Shown: one piece after another, positions 1 to 12,293 of the stretch | Position numbering within the stretch: the stretch's first letter is position 1 | Layout of the letters: every line of letters starts with the position of its first letter | Source: the human T2T-CHM13v2.0 reference genome, Homo sapiens | Direction: 5' to 3' (one strand) | Length of the DNA stretch: 64,000 nucleotides | Assembly (NCBI RefSeq): GCF_009914755.1 | Contig: NC_060930.1 | Program-made: the position numbers and the translations under genes | The notes under the pieces: generated by a model | What the model saw: only the letters and a program-made list of their open reading frames with translations | Told to the model about the DNA's origin: nothing | Database searches by the model: none

Positions 1-213
1 GTGGATGTGTGTGTGCATGTGCATGTAGGGTGCATAGAATAAAAACTGGAAGGGTACACACAACTGACGAGGAACTCTCTGGGAAGTGCAGTGTAAATGG
101 GAAGGTGATGGAAAGGGATTTTTTTTTTTTACTCCATATACTTCTATATTATTTCAATGATTTTTGCAATGAGAATATAGTCATTTACTACTTTTGTAAA
201 AATTTTAAAAATA
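1..213 (+). mobile_element. Old L1 (L1ME/L1MC-type) 3' end
   Basis: Degenerate L1M 3'UTR pattern ending in an A-rich tail; resembles 63680-63870. Confidence 0.5.
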
Positions 214-397
214 AGCCTAAAATGCACCATGATGCCGAGAATTAAAAATGGACCAATCTGGTCACATCTGCTTTTTTTTGTTTATTGGCTTGTAAAGGAA
301 TTTTCTGGTTTTTCCTCAGATAGACGTGGTTCCGAGCATCTAGGGATGGAGACTCTCCATTTTTGGCCTTTCTTATCTCATTTGCTGTATTTCTGTT

Positions 398-595
398 CAG
401 TGGTGTGCTATTAACTGTTGAACAGCTGGATCCTGGGATAGGAAGGAAGATCCAATTTGTAGCATTTGCTGATACCTGTGGTGTAAATATTTTCAAAGTA
501 GCCAATTTTCAACTACCAATCTGATGTCAAGCAGCTCACAAAATCTCTAGAAATTGTCAATTGGCTGTCATTCCAGTGGCTCAAATCGTGGTGTC
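398..595 (-). mobile_element. MER63A-like hAT-Blackjack MITE
   Basis: Starts CAGTGGTGTGCT; internal ttgtagcatttgctgatacctgtggtgtaaatat matches MER63 consensus. Confidence 0.65.
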
Positions 596-1469
596 TAACG
601 CCTTGATTCTCCTCCAAAAGGATGCTCTTTTGGACTGAGTATCAGATTTCTGAAAACCTATACTGTTAGAAGGGAAGGTTCAGGACAGAGAAAGAGGAAG
701 ATTCATTGGATAATTCTTTAGCCAACCAAGAGTGGAACTGGAGGCCCGAAGGCTGAGTCTTCCAGAGCCTACCACCAGATTGAAGTGGCAGCTGCCAGTC
801 TTCCCACAGTGCCAACGGGCACATTCCCAACCCAGTAGTGCCAATATAGAAGAAAGTAGGCCTCAAGTTCTTCATTTATAAAATGGAAATAATAATTCAA
901 TGAAAGGCTAAGAACTATAAATCACTTAGAAAAAAAGTGTTATATTTAAATATTTGCACCCAAAGATGTTTTCTTCTTCAAATCAACACTTCTGAAAGCT
1001 TTCCAACTTTCTCCAAATGGAGCATAGTATGATTCTACAGCTTTGTGTTCTCGTTCCGATCAATTCTAAAACAATCTTAAGTCAATCTTAGAGACAAGGA
1101 AGGGTATTCTCTGGACCTCTAAACAGCTTCCTCTTTCAAGGCAGGTTACACTAAAGGACAAGCTAGCCTAACAGTGTGCTTTTGGCATAGCCTGGTCAAG
1201 GACAACTAGGGGTTTTGACTTAATTAAGATAAGGCTTCTTTCAAGTGACTGCTTGGAAGTCAACAGAGGAGACTTGGGGTAGATCTCATCTTCGTGCTCA
1301 AAGGGCAGAAGCTGAGAGCAAAGAATGGTGTTTGAGGCTTTTGGCAATAAGGGATTGAATGATGAGAACTTTTTGCCCTGTCCCCGACCCATAGATGAGA
1401 GGAGGATGCTTATTTCTATGTGACGCCAACCTGTAGCAAGTGGGAATATGTAGACCGATTTCATCTACA

Positions 1470-1941
1470 ACCAGGGAAGTGGCTGATTGACTACAAATTA
1501 GACATCTTGATGTCAGTAGAGGTTATTTAAGTGATACAGACTAAGAAAAGCACATTGACACAGTCAGCACAGGATAACATAGATTCTCTGTGAGGCTGAC
1601 TTCGCCCAGTATCCAGCAGTGGCTGTGTAAGAAATCCTGGTCTCTGTCTGCTGGCTGCACTGCTCTCTGGAGAAGCACGCACAAGAAAGAAGCGTTTGAT
1701 TTGGAGATGATGGGGCGGAGAGGTAGCCGGAAGAATGTCTTCACCTGAGTTTGCTTTGGTCGCTTGTTGAACATGCTGGCTCCACAGGAAGATTAGACCT
1801 TTCTTGTTTGTTCGGAGCAAGCATTCAGAACACCCAGGGCCCTCAGCCTCCTACAGCCGCTGGGCAGGTAAAGGGGAAGCCTGATGCCTTGCCCTGAACT
1901 AAGGGGCTTCGTTAAAATTTCTCTTTTTCTCTCTCCTGTAG
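1470..1941 (+). promoter_or_regulatory. Candidate promoter/enhancer with possible first exon
   Basis: Repeat-free; TGATTGAC (1485), GC box GGGGCGGAG (1712), ETS CCGGAAG (1727), donor CAG|GTAAAG at 1867/1868, strong acceptor at 1941. Confidence 0.25.
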
Positions 1942-2763
1942 TCTACCTTGAACTAGACTGATGGTTGTGTTTATTCTTTGGTCTCTGTGTGCTTTTGTTT
2001 TTGGGGGTTTCTTTTTGGTCTGTGATCTCTAGTTTTGTTCAGCAGTGATTTGTAGGAGGCATGCTGACTGTACTGAATACCACCCCAGGTACTGCTCAGA
2101 AGGCGTCCCTGAACTTCAGCAGCTGTTAGATCCTAGCATAAACCGACACAGAGAGACAGGCTTGTGGTGAAACACTGGCCTTTCTGCATGCTGTTTCCAA
2201 TCAAACACAGATTGTCCTTTCCGCCTGGGAGAATCATTTCCAAAGCCAAGTGCCTTTCACTAAAGAAATGTCAGCACTCTCATCAAAGGCTTTGGGCTTC
2301 TTTGTAAATGTCCAACTGCATGGGCTAGAGTGCTTCCCCCTGGTGCTGCCTTAGTTGTGTGTTGGTGGCACTGAATCCTGTTGCTTATTTTTATGTTGTT
2401 TGAACTTTTAAGATGGCTATTGTTTCCAATTCTTCTATTAAGTCTTCTGCTGAATACATTCCTGTGTGTGGCTCTATTTCTCATTTCTGCATAACACCCT
2501 GCAGTATTCAAGTGGTACATCTGAGGTTACTATTGTATGCCCTACTTCTGTGATGCCTTGATAAGGAATATTTTTCACTTCTTGTTTGATATGAAATTTT
2601 AAATCCCAGTGAATCAAAGTTGTTGGATGGCATCTTGTGAGTTGCATTTACAATAAAGAATTGTTCACCAACTTCCTCTCACCACTTGTGTAATCTATAA
2701 GCTACATGAACTGAATAGACAATACTTTCTAACGTGATTTGTTGACAGGATAGTGGTGGGTTG

Positions 2764-2960
2764 ATAATAACTACAATTACTAAGCCTCTGCAATGCCAGA
2801 TCATGTGATAAATGTTTTACATATTCATTTTTGAATCAAAGTAGCTTCAAAGCTAGGTAGTATTTCTACCTTTTATAATGTGAATAAGGATAAAGTCATT
2901 GTCCAGGATCAAACACCTAGTAAGTGGCAAAGCTGCTTATGAACCTGGATCTCTGACACC
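2764..2960 (-). mobile_element. MIR SINE
   Basis: ctagtaagtggcaaagctg...gaacctggatctctgac is the antisense MIR head; degenerate core upstream. Confidence 0.65.
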
Positions 2961-3495
2961 ATTCCATCTCTCTCCATGAGTCAATGCAGCCTTCTTGAAA
3001 ACTGAGCAAGAGACAGAAAGTGGTATACCGTAAGTATGCAGAAATGCCACTTTGGAGTGGGGTTGTGTAATGGCACACTCCATCTACCTAGGGAATCCTT
3101 TTAATGGAATAAGATGCTCAGGGGAGTTCACTCCCCTACATTTCAAACAGGAGGGAGAGATATTGTGATAAATGAATTGAATAACAGAGTAATTTCAGTA
3201 TTGCTTCTAGAAATACCTTTCAAAAGTCCCAGGAAGTTTAGCATTATCATGAAACTTCCCCATAAAGGACTTAAAGTTTTATTTTCTTTCACAGGGTCCT
3301 TTGAGTGTTACATTCTTTTTCTTTGTGGGTGGTTGATTGAGATTATTTTTCTTAAATATAGAAAGTATGCCTATAGCAGTCATTTTCAAGGATGATGGCA
3401 AGAATGTGCATCAAACTTTTGTTATCAGGACTGTGGAGAACAAAAGAGGATCCAAGTGAAAGACAAAATGGTTCTTCAGCACCCCAAGGGTATGG

Positions 3496-3849
3496 TGATA
3501 TGGTTTGGCTCTGTGACCCCACTCAGATCTCATCTTGAATTGTACTCCCATAATTCCCTCATGTTGTGGGAGGGACCTGGTGGGAGATAATTTGAATCAT
3601 GGGAGCGGTTTCCCCCATGCTGTTCTCACGGTAATGAATAAGTCTCATGAGATCAGATGGTTTTATCAGGGGTTTCTGCTTTTGCATCTGCCTCATTTTC
3701 TCTTGCTGCCACCATGTAAGAGTGCCTTTTGCCTCCCACCATGATTCTGAGGCCTCCCCAGCCATGTGGAACTGTGAGTCCAATTAAACCCCTTTTTCTT
3801 CCCAGTCTTGGGTATGTCTTTATCAGCAGCATGAAAACGGACTAATACA
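3496..3849 (+). mobile_element. THE1A/B-type MaLR solo LTR
   Basis: TGATATGGTTTGG...GACTAATACA termini; perfect 5-bp TSD TATGG (3491-3495/3850-3854). Confidence 0.95.
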
Positions 3850-4048
3850 TATGGTATTCTTAACTTTTTCTAGTTCTTTATTTTATTTTTTAAAACTTTA
3901 GTCTTGCGTGAATTTTTTCTGATGGAGATGCCATTGATTTTCCTTCTGTGGAAGGTATGGTTTCAACATTACATTTTATGGCAAGGTGGATTTTGACCAG
4001 TTTTGCATCAATTTACAAATGTGGGTCACCATTCCTGATTGCTTATAT

Positions 4049-4239
4049 CAGGAATTGGCAAACTTTTCCTCAAAAGGGCCAAATAGTAAATATTTTAGGT
4101 TATCCAGGCCATATGGTCTCTATCACAACTACTCAACTATGTTATTGAAGCTCTAAAGTAGCCATATGTAAATGAGTGTGTATGGCTCCGTTCTAATAAA
4201 ACTTCATTTATGAGCACTGAAGTATAATTTTCACATGTC
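4049..4239. mobile_element. MER58B-like hAT-Charlie MITE (truncated)
   Basis: caggaattggcaaactttt...aagggccaaatagtaaatattttagg matches MER58 terminus. Confidence 0.75.
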
Positions 4240-4380
4240 AATAAGTAAATAAACTTGGTCTTACAGTAAAGATCTCATGCTCTTTTCGCTCTCTGAAACA
4301 GGCCAATAAAGGGTGCTCTAGGGAATTTTTGAAAACAAAAAATGCAGCAGAGCTTAGAAAGGGGCATTGTGGAGGTCTAG

Positions 4381-4510
4381 CACACACACAGTGCACACAC
4401 ACACATATACCCATCAAACACACTCACAGACACATGAACACACATGCACACCCACCACGCAAACACATTCACACAGACACATAGATACCCTCCTACCCAA
4501 CACACACACA
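4381..4510 (+). repeat. Degenerate (CA)n-rich simple repeat
   Basis: Interrupted cacacac runs. Confidence 0.85.
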
Positions 4511-4939
4511 AACCAAGTGAGATAAATGTGCAGATAACATAATCAGAGCTAGCATTTCTTGAGTGACTAAGGTTTGCCATCCCCTGGCTAAGCATGTCAC
4601 AGGAATTATCCTGTTCTTTTCTCATAACCACACCATGAGAGAGGTGCTGTGGTTACCATCATTTTACCTATGAAGGATCAGTTTCAGAGAATACAATAGA
4701 AAGGAAGGAAGGAATGCATGGTTCTCCTCTCTGCACCTAAACTGTGCATATAATTGGAAAACTCCCAAGCATTGCAGCTTAAATCTGTTGCTTTGGCAAC
4801 TTTATCTTTCTGCCATACAGTCATGTAGACCTCTATTCAGTTGGCAAATTGTAATGCAAACTAGTATGCTTGAATAGGCTTTCAGAACTGTCACCTGCCT
4901 AAACTGAGGCCTCAAAAGCTGCTCCTGAGGTTGATGCCA

Positions 4940-5536
4940 TTATCTCCTGATGTGCCTCTCCCCATCCGTAGTCCATTTTCCACACTAGCGCAGGAATGCT
5001 TGCTAAAACACAAACCCCATCATGTCACTACCCTTCTGCTAATAAAACTCTGCAATGAGGTAACATAGCCTCAAATCTTGAGCATGACATTATAGGTCAT
5101 TAAAGAAGGCCTCAAAGAGCTCAGTGCTAGCTCTTACCGTTCCCTTTGGTCGCTATTGAGATATTAATATTTCACTACCAAATAGCCACACACGTAATAG
5201 ACATACTTCCAACTTGGAATCTTTTCTGTCTCCAGTCCCTCTTCATATCTATATCTGGAACATTCCTTTCTTTCATACAAGACCTAGTTCACATATCACC
5301 TCTTGAGGTGCCCTCCCTAGCTCCTCTGCCAATGCGCTTTATTTTAGCACTTACTAAAGCAGGATGGCTTTGTTTCTATTAATATATACCCCTGCTAATA
5401 AGACTTCTACCTGAGAGCAAAGACTGCGGTTTACTAGTCTTTGTTCCCAAAATAATTAGCGCAGTTCCTGGCGTGTTATGACCACTCAAAATATTTTTTA
5501 TTTTTGTTTTTCTTTATCATTGAGTGAATGGATGAA
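4940..5536 (+). mobile_element. L2 3' region (interrupted by duplicated 75-mer)
   Basis: tccattttccacactagc...catgtcactaccc and terminal cagttcctggc...tgagtgaatggatgaa. Confidence 0.6.
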
Positions 5537-6004
5537 GTTCTGTTATGGTCTCACTTCAGTCCAGCACTTTCCTTGCTGTTAGTTGTGTATAATATTTTGG
5601 AATACTTGTAACATTGTGTGATTAACTCAAGGTCACTTTCAGAATTTCTGCACCTAGATAGGTATACTTCTTTTACATCTGTTATTTCTTTTTGCTATTT
5701 TCCCTCTCAAAATGTTCTTTTTTTTACTGGCTTCTCTCTGAACAAAGATATTTATGAGGCAATGTTTCCTAGCGGTTTGATCCATGTGTCTAGGGTCTTG
5801 ATCTAGGCCCACCACTCATGGCTCTGTGATACAGACAAGTTGCTTGGGACCACTTCTCCAGCTATCAATGGGGATATGAAAGTTTGCCCAAGTCATGCAG
5901 AGGAGGCCATGCTCGCCTCATTCATCCCGGTCATTAAAGAAGGCCTCGAGAGCTCAGTGCCAGCTCCCACTGTGTTCCCTTTGGTTGCTATTGAAATATT
6001 AATA
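5095..6004 (+). repeat. Dispersed direct repeat, ~75 bp x2 (5095-5169 and 5929-6004)
   Basis: Both copies read ggtcattaaagaaggcctc...agagctcagtgc...gttccctttggt.gctattga.atattaata. Confidence 0.95.
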
Positions 6005-6497
6005 AGATTATTGAATACTGTTCTCCCATGAACTGTGTCACCCTTAACTTTGAATGTATCCAGATGACTTTTATAAGAAAGCAACATGTGTGTCATGAAG
6101 AGGGAAAAAAATGACTTCTTCAGCCCTTTTTGGAAACAGTTAAGATATAAGTCATAAATTATGAAGAAGTTATTGAGAAAAAAGTGAAAATTTTTGCTGA
6201 TGTTATAAAAGAATATCTTATCCTCCCCTCATAACTCTAAAATATAAAAATATTTTTTAAATTGCTTATCAAGCCAGATATGAAAATTAGGACTAGTGAA
6301 TATGTGAACTGATATGAGCTCCAAGAGTTTGCCAAACAACAAGTTTGTAGGCCTCCCTGAGTTTATTTGATCTATTTTTCACACTTATGATTATAAAACT
6401 GCTTAGGATGTGTTTTATTTTAAACGAAACCAGCACCTAACACCTAGAGGTGCTCAAGTATTGATTCTCCTTCTTCCATACTTCATTTACAAAGTTA

Positions 6498-6540
6498 ACT
6501 TTTAATGGCAAAAACTGCAATTACTTTTGCACCAACCTGA
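6498..6540. mobile_element. Half MADE1 (Hsmar1-derived MITE, one TIR)
   Basis: acttttaatggcaaaaactgcaattacttttgcaccaacct is the right half of MADE1, followed by TA. Confidence 0.9.
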
Positions 6541-6726
6541 TAGAAATTGTGAGTTTGGAAGACTCCAAATGTACACTTCTGAATGGCTGATTATCCAGCA
6601 AAGACTCCAAACAGGCTGCCTGGCGAAGAGGCTAAGTTGTATCAGGCTCTCCTCTGCTCTAGCAGAAAAGTGAATTTTCACAGTTGCCTGAGCTTCTTGG
6701 ATAATGTTTGATGTTTTTCCCTCTCT

Positions 6727-6730
<4 letters not shown>

Positions 6731-6762
<32 letters not shown>

Positions 6763-6767
6763 GGAGA
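6731..6767 (+). repeat. (GA)n microsatellite
   Basis: Direct. Confidence 0.95.
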
Positions 6768-9459
6768 AGAATCAGGCTCATTACTAGGTTTTTTTTTTCT
6801 TTTGATTCTGTGCTTGGAGATTAATTTTAATGGATTCACCAACATTGAAAATGAATATCTCTACGTAAAGGTCATCGTTATTATGTTCCAAAATAGGTCA
6901 TATTTTTTGTATTGCCGCCAGAAACAAATGTGTTGTGTATGTTTCTGCCACAGAGCATACCTTCTAGCCATGTTTGGGTGTATGCCTCACAGAATTGCGT
7001 AGGTAATTCAAGAGCAAAACAGCATATCCAAAGAAGATGAAAATGCTAGTGCTAGTACATGTTGCGCCATCTCATTGACACTCATAGGATGCCTTAGGAT
7101 CTTAAATGTGTTTACCATGTCAATGTCTGTGTATTTAATCTTAATATTTAAAGAATAGAAGCTACTGATGAACAATTTGGCTCTTCCTCCTCATAAGACT
7201 ATGGACAAAAGGAGGTAACCAGGTCCACAGGGCCAGAACTGGCAGATGGCCACTTCCTATCTTACTAGAGATGGAGTGTGGGGAGGAGAAGCTTATATTT
7301 CTTGGCATTGTTTTTCACATGTTATTTCTTAGCCTCCAGAATTCCACGATTTTAAACAATTTTATCAAGCCGTGAAAACTATTCTGTGGTTTATCTTCCC
7401 AAAAAGGAAACTATAGATATTGACTGGAAAACATTTGTTTCATCTCAAACATTTGAGCCTGTTTTTCAGTTCAATTCTTAATTCTGCCTGTGTTCAAATC
7501 ACCTAGTGCTCCCAAAAGCATGGAAGTAAATGTTAGACCCGCATGAGCTCCTGTTATTGGTGGGGGATTTTAAGAAGGGGAAGGAAGCAGAATTGGAGTC
7601 TTGTTGGGTGTGATTACTCTTTTATGTTTTTCTGAAAATATTTGTCTGTTTTATGTTTGCCAAATTTACTTGCCTTTCCCTTGGAGTCATTAAGAAACAA
7701 AGCATGTTGCTATGCAGTGTGAGGCTTAACAGGATTTTGAGGTTTACAGATCCCCAAATCCTGCAGAGACACAGGTCTTGCTGGTAACATTCGGACAGAA
7801 GAAGATTCAAAAGCAGAATGAATTGACAGTCATATTTCTCTGCCAGAAGCACCAAAAACCCTGGTGTTACCTTTAAGGGAAAGAAGAGCACAATATGAGT
7901 TTGAAATATGATTTATGTCAGAAAAATCATAAACTGCACATGGGGTGTAGCTTTTTTTTTTCAACCCTTGAGACAAGCTGGAAACACAAAGCTTTGGTCC
8001 TAAGCAAGGTTTCTAAAAAAGGAAAGAGTAAAATCTATTCCTGCATTTCCAGCTGCAGTTCCAAGCGAACGGATTGAAAAATCTAAACAAAACCAATGTG
8101 AAATTCATTGCGAAGCCAAGGCTTTCTATCACCATGTCTGGTTCAAAAGTGAGTTGTTATAGCAACAGGAGAAAAGTAAATGAGCATTTCACGTTGTAAA
8201 ATTATGCCTGCCTCTGTTCTAAACAGCCGCTGTCCAGGCAGTCAAATGAGCCCAAGTCATTTAAAGGAGAAGAATTCCATTTTAATTGTTGAGGCTTGCA
8301 CCAAAGCTACCTTTAAAACCAAAAGTTCATTTCAATTAACCTTATTCCCCAGATCAATATAATAAATTCTCTGGCAGGATGAGACCGAGCAACGGCCTGT
8401 CTGATGAAGATGGCCTCAGGAAAACATGGTGCCAAGGATTTCAGCTCTGAAGAATGGCCAAAGCGCTGCGTGGCACTGAGCTCGCAGCCCGGGCACAGAG
8501 CCTTTCACCTTTAAATCATTGTTTTTAATCCAGTATAGATTGGAAGCAGACGAGAGACCTTGCTTTTTAACACTTGTTCACTGACCTGTATTAAATTGGA
8601 TGTTGATCGGGGTCTCGCTTCAAACAGATGTCTATACAGTGGACATTTTCTGATGCCCACACTGGCTTCAAGAAAGAGGCAGAAGGCTGAATGAGATTGG
8701 GAGGATTTTTTGTTTTGTTTTTTTTTGTTTTCACTTCTGTAAATAAGCCCTCCATAGCTAACGGGTACGGTGTAAGGAGATTGCTTGGATCAGTGGTTTT
8801 GTCTTACTTGTCTTAAAAGGAGCCTGTCTCAAGATTGACACATTTCTATTTAGTCAAGCATTTATAATTATCAGTGTTGCAGATTATCACATTTAAACTA
8901 ATTTGGAAATATGTAAAACAACAAGGGAAGGAAAACCAACCCTTAGTCCCTAAAAGCGACACTCCCACAAAGCCTAAGGCAAATTTTTATTATTAGCTAT
9001 AAGTGATCTGCATAATTAGCCTTGGCTAATATTCCCTAATGCCTTTCTATTTAAAGAGACAGACACACCATTTTCATACACAGACAAGTTTGCAATTCCT
9101 ACAAATCATCTTCATTTTAAGAGTGAGAAGCACTAAGCAAGTTAAGATTGGCAATTTGAGATTCTAAGAAGAACCAAGCCTCATAAAGCCCTCACGAGGC
9201 GGGGTGCTGTTGTACACAGAAAGGGAGGAGAAGGAACGGAGTGGAATTTAGAGCCCCAGGTTTGCCTCCATTGAGGTTGAAAGCATTGTTCAGGAGCGCC
9301 TGTAGCCTCCTGACTCCCTATTTGTGAAGATAGAAAGCAATTTGTACTCTTATGTCCTGGGCCTCAGTGGCATCAGTAGACTTTGCCTGCTCCTAGGCCC
9401 TGCACCAGGAGTCCCGACATGACCAATGATCTGGCTCATCCAGGAGGATATAACAGAAA

Positions 9460-9587
9460 GAGAGGTTCTCTGGCCCTCATCATTGTGATACTGATTCAGG
9501 AAGCCTTGGATGGGGTTTGGGAACCTGCATTTTTAATAAGCTCACCAAGTTATCATGACGATCATCAAGGCTTGCAAACCGTTGCCC
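9460..9587. mobile_element. MER5A/B hAT fragment
   Basis: gatactgattcaggaagccttggatgggg...ctgcatttttaataagctc. Confidence 0.6.
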
Positions 9588-9789
9588 AATCTTTGCCCAC
9601 TCACTTTACCTGGAGGGAAGTGGAGGGCCAGGAATGGGAATCACCAGTGAAGTCAGCCCCAGGCACTGGCTGAGACTTCTGCATAACATCCTGGGCGTAT
9701 CCAACCCCATCTGATCTTTTCCACAGGCATCTTCCTAGGGCATCTCATCCTTCAGATTTTCAAAAATTCTGGAGTATTTTGATATAATT

Positions 9790-10250
9790 CTATAATTTCT
9801 CCTGAGGAAATAGAGTGAAACCAAAACTCAATATCCTGGACCACCAGGCCCTTCATGACCTACCCCTTTCTGCAACCTCTTCTCATACCCTCTTCTCATC
9901 CTCATTCTGCTTCAGCCAAACTCCTGTCTGCTTAGGGTATTTATGTTGTTTTGCCTCTGGTCTTTCCCCAGATCATTGCTTGGCTGTCTGTGTTCCACCT
10001 CTCAGATCCTAACTTATATATCGCCTCCTTGAGTGGTCTCCTCAGATGCTCTGTCTTGGAATTAGGTACCTGACCCGCCATCCCACTTCTGTCCTCCCCA
10101 ATGAGGTACCCTCCATTACAAGATTATGTTTCTTTATTTGCAAGTCCTTAAAACGCTCTGAAAATATCTTCTATATTATTTGTTCAGTGTCGATTGTTCC
10201 TCTTCCTGCACTAAAATGTAACGTCCATAAGGTCAGAAGCTCACGGTTGC
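9790..10250 (+). mobile_element. L2a fragment
   Basis: aggcccttcatgacct...ctaaaatgtaacgtccataaggtcag. Confidence 0.65.
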
Positions 10251-11847
10251 TGTGATGAGTTTCTGCCATCTCTCAGTCTCATACAGCTAGTATGGACCCA
10301 AGCTAGGCAACTCCAAGGCTCACATACCCCCCAAGGTGGAGGACAGAGATGGAGCACAGTCCTTTCATTTCACTTTCCCGCTGGCAGAGCAGATGGAATC
10401 ATTACGACTGGATACATTCTGAATGATAACTGTAAATTGAGGATTCTAAGTTTTATTAGAGTTGATAGGATATTAAGTGGTTTTTGTTTTGCTTTGTTTT
10501 GTTTTGCTTTTTGTTACAGGTAGAAATATATAGGATCATTTTCCATCTTAGAGGCCTGTGTCTTCAGCACAGAGACATTCTTATTCTACAGTGTAGTTTT
10601 TATCACTGGCCCAGGAGATTGACAATTCATTAACAAAATAACCCTAGATGCACATACAGTTAAAACAGGGGGAGGAACATTAAAATGACACGACATATAA
10701 AAATAAGAGAAACCACAAGAGAGGAGAAACTGGAACAGATTGGCCACCCTTTATCGGAACGTATTTGTTAGGTAGTAGGTACTTCTAACACTAAAACCCT
10801 AAGGACTCTTTATTACACAATTTGGCATTAATGTTCAGTGTATTTTAAATTCAGATTTTCTTTAAACACTTCTAGGAATCTTCCGCTTTTTATTCTTCCA
10901 AACCCTGGCTCCTCTCCCCAGCCCACTCTCCCAATCCAGATACATATTTTTCTTTAAAAAAATTTTTTTGAAAGAGAACTGCCAAAGAGTTGACACTTGG
11001 CATGTGGTGATTCAAAAAATACACTGTCCCTTCTCACCACCCCTGATGTCTTTATCTGACAAAATCCATATGCTGTATGATCACCATGGCAACTAAGTAG
11101 GGTTGTAATTGCAACCCTGGAAAGCCCGTGGTGGTTTTTTTTTTTTTTTTTTCACTCAAATTGTGGCGTACGTTTAACCTCTCTGAAGTTTCAACAAACC
11201 ATCTTTTAAATGACAAGGGTTGAGAAAAGTCTAATTTAGTCTGTTTGTTAGAAGGCGCATTTCTTCCTTTTTTAACTTAATAAACTAGCTTTAAAAGGAG
11301 GTGGGGGGAGTGGGAGAGGCTGCAATATTTTCTGACCTCACCTTACAAAATTATACCTGGTCATTTTATAACAATAAAATCTAAATGTATGACACTTCTG
11401 GAGAGTACACAGACAGTGTCTTCAGACTGTGTAGTGAGAATCAAGCAAGGCTCCGTGGCGGTACAACGGCAGACACAAAAGGATCTTAAGGCCCAGGTTC
11501 CAAACCTTTGCCTTCCACCTGCCATCGAGAAAATGCTGCCTCCCCTGTGACCAAAGGCATGAATATTCAAACTAGAGGGCTACTAAATTAGTTTCTCATT
11601 AAAAAAAATTTTAGCTTAGGTGAGTTTTCTTCTTCTGTTCACAGTAATTTCTATAGAGGCTGCATTTTGTTCTTCTAAATAGAGGAAGCATGACTTTTGG
11701 AAAGATACGTGGGCCCAGTCATGCGATCCCATGGGATGTGAGAGTAATAAAGTGTCTGGTGAGGAAACGTGAAGAGCCTAGTTCTGCTCAGCCAAGCATG
11801 GTAGGTATTATGCCCAGGAGTCTATCCTGTAGCTACCTGAAACTTCA

Positions 11848-11935
11848 TGGTGTTGAAGAAAAAGCACAGGAATGGAATTCAAAGGACTTGGATTCTAGTT
11901 CTGGCTCAATTCCTTTCTAGTTGTGTGACCATAAC
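11848..11935 (+). mobile_element. MIR 5' fragment
   Basis: ggacttggattctagttctggctc...ctagttgtgtgacc. Confidence 0.6.
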
Positions 11936-12293
11936 TCAGCATCGTGCAAATGCACGGTTTGGCAGTATGAGCTCTGTATACCTTTGAATCCACTCCTGCC
12001 CGGTCTGCCTGGAAGAAGTAAAGAGAGTCTGGCATGAACCTATCTGCTTGAGGGACAAGAAACGTTCAGGGAAAGCCCCAACCTGAAACAAGGGAAGACA
12101 AGACAGCCCAGCATGGGTTGTCAGCAAGAGTAAGCAGGAAACAGAGGGGAGATCTTGAATCCAGCAAATCAGTGAGTGCATCTTCCTCCCCACTTCCCGA
12201 CACCCATCCCAGGCATGATAGGACCCCTACCATAGTGCACCAGACAGCAGAGGCTGTGGCCAACAATGTAAACCAAGAGAAGAGCCTTTTTCC

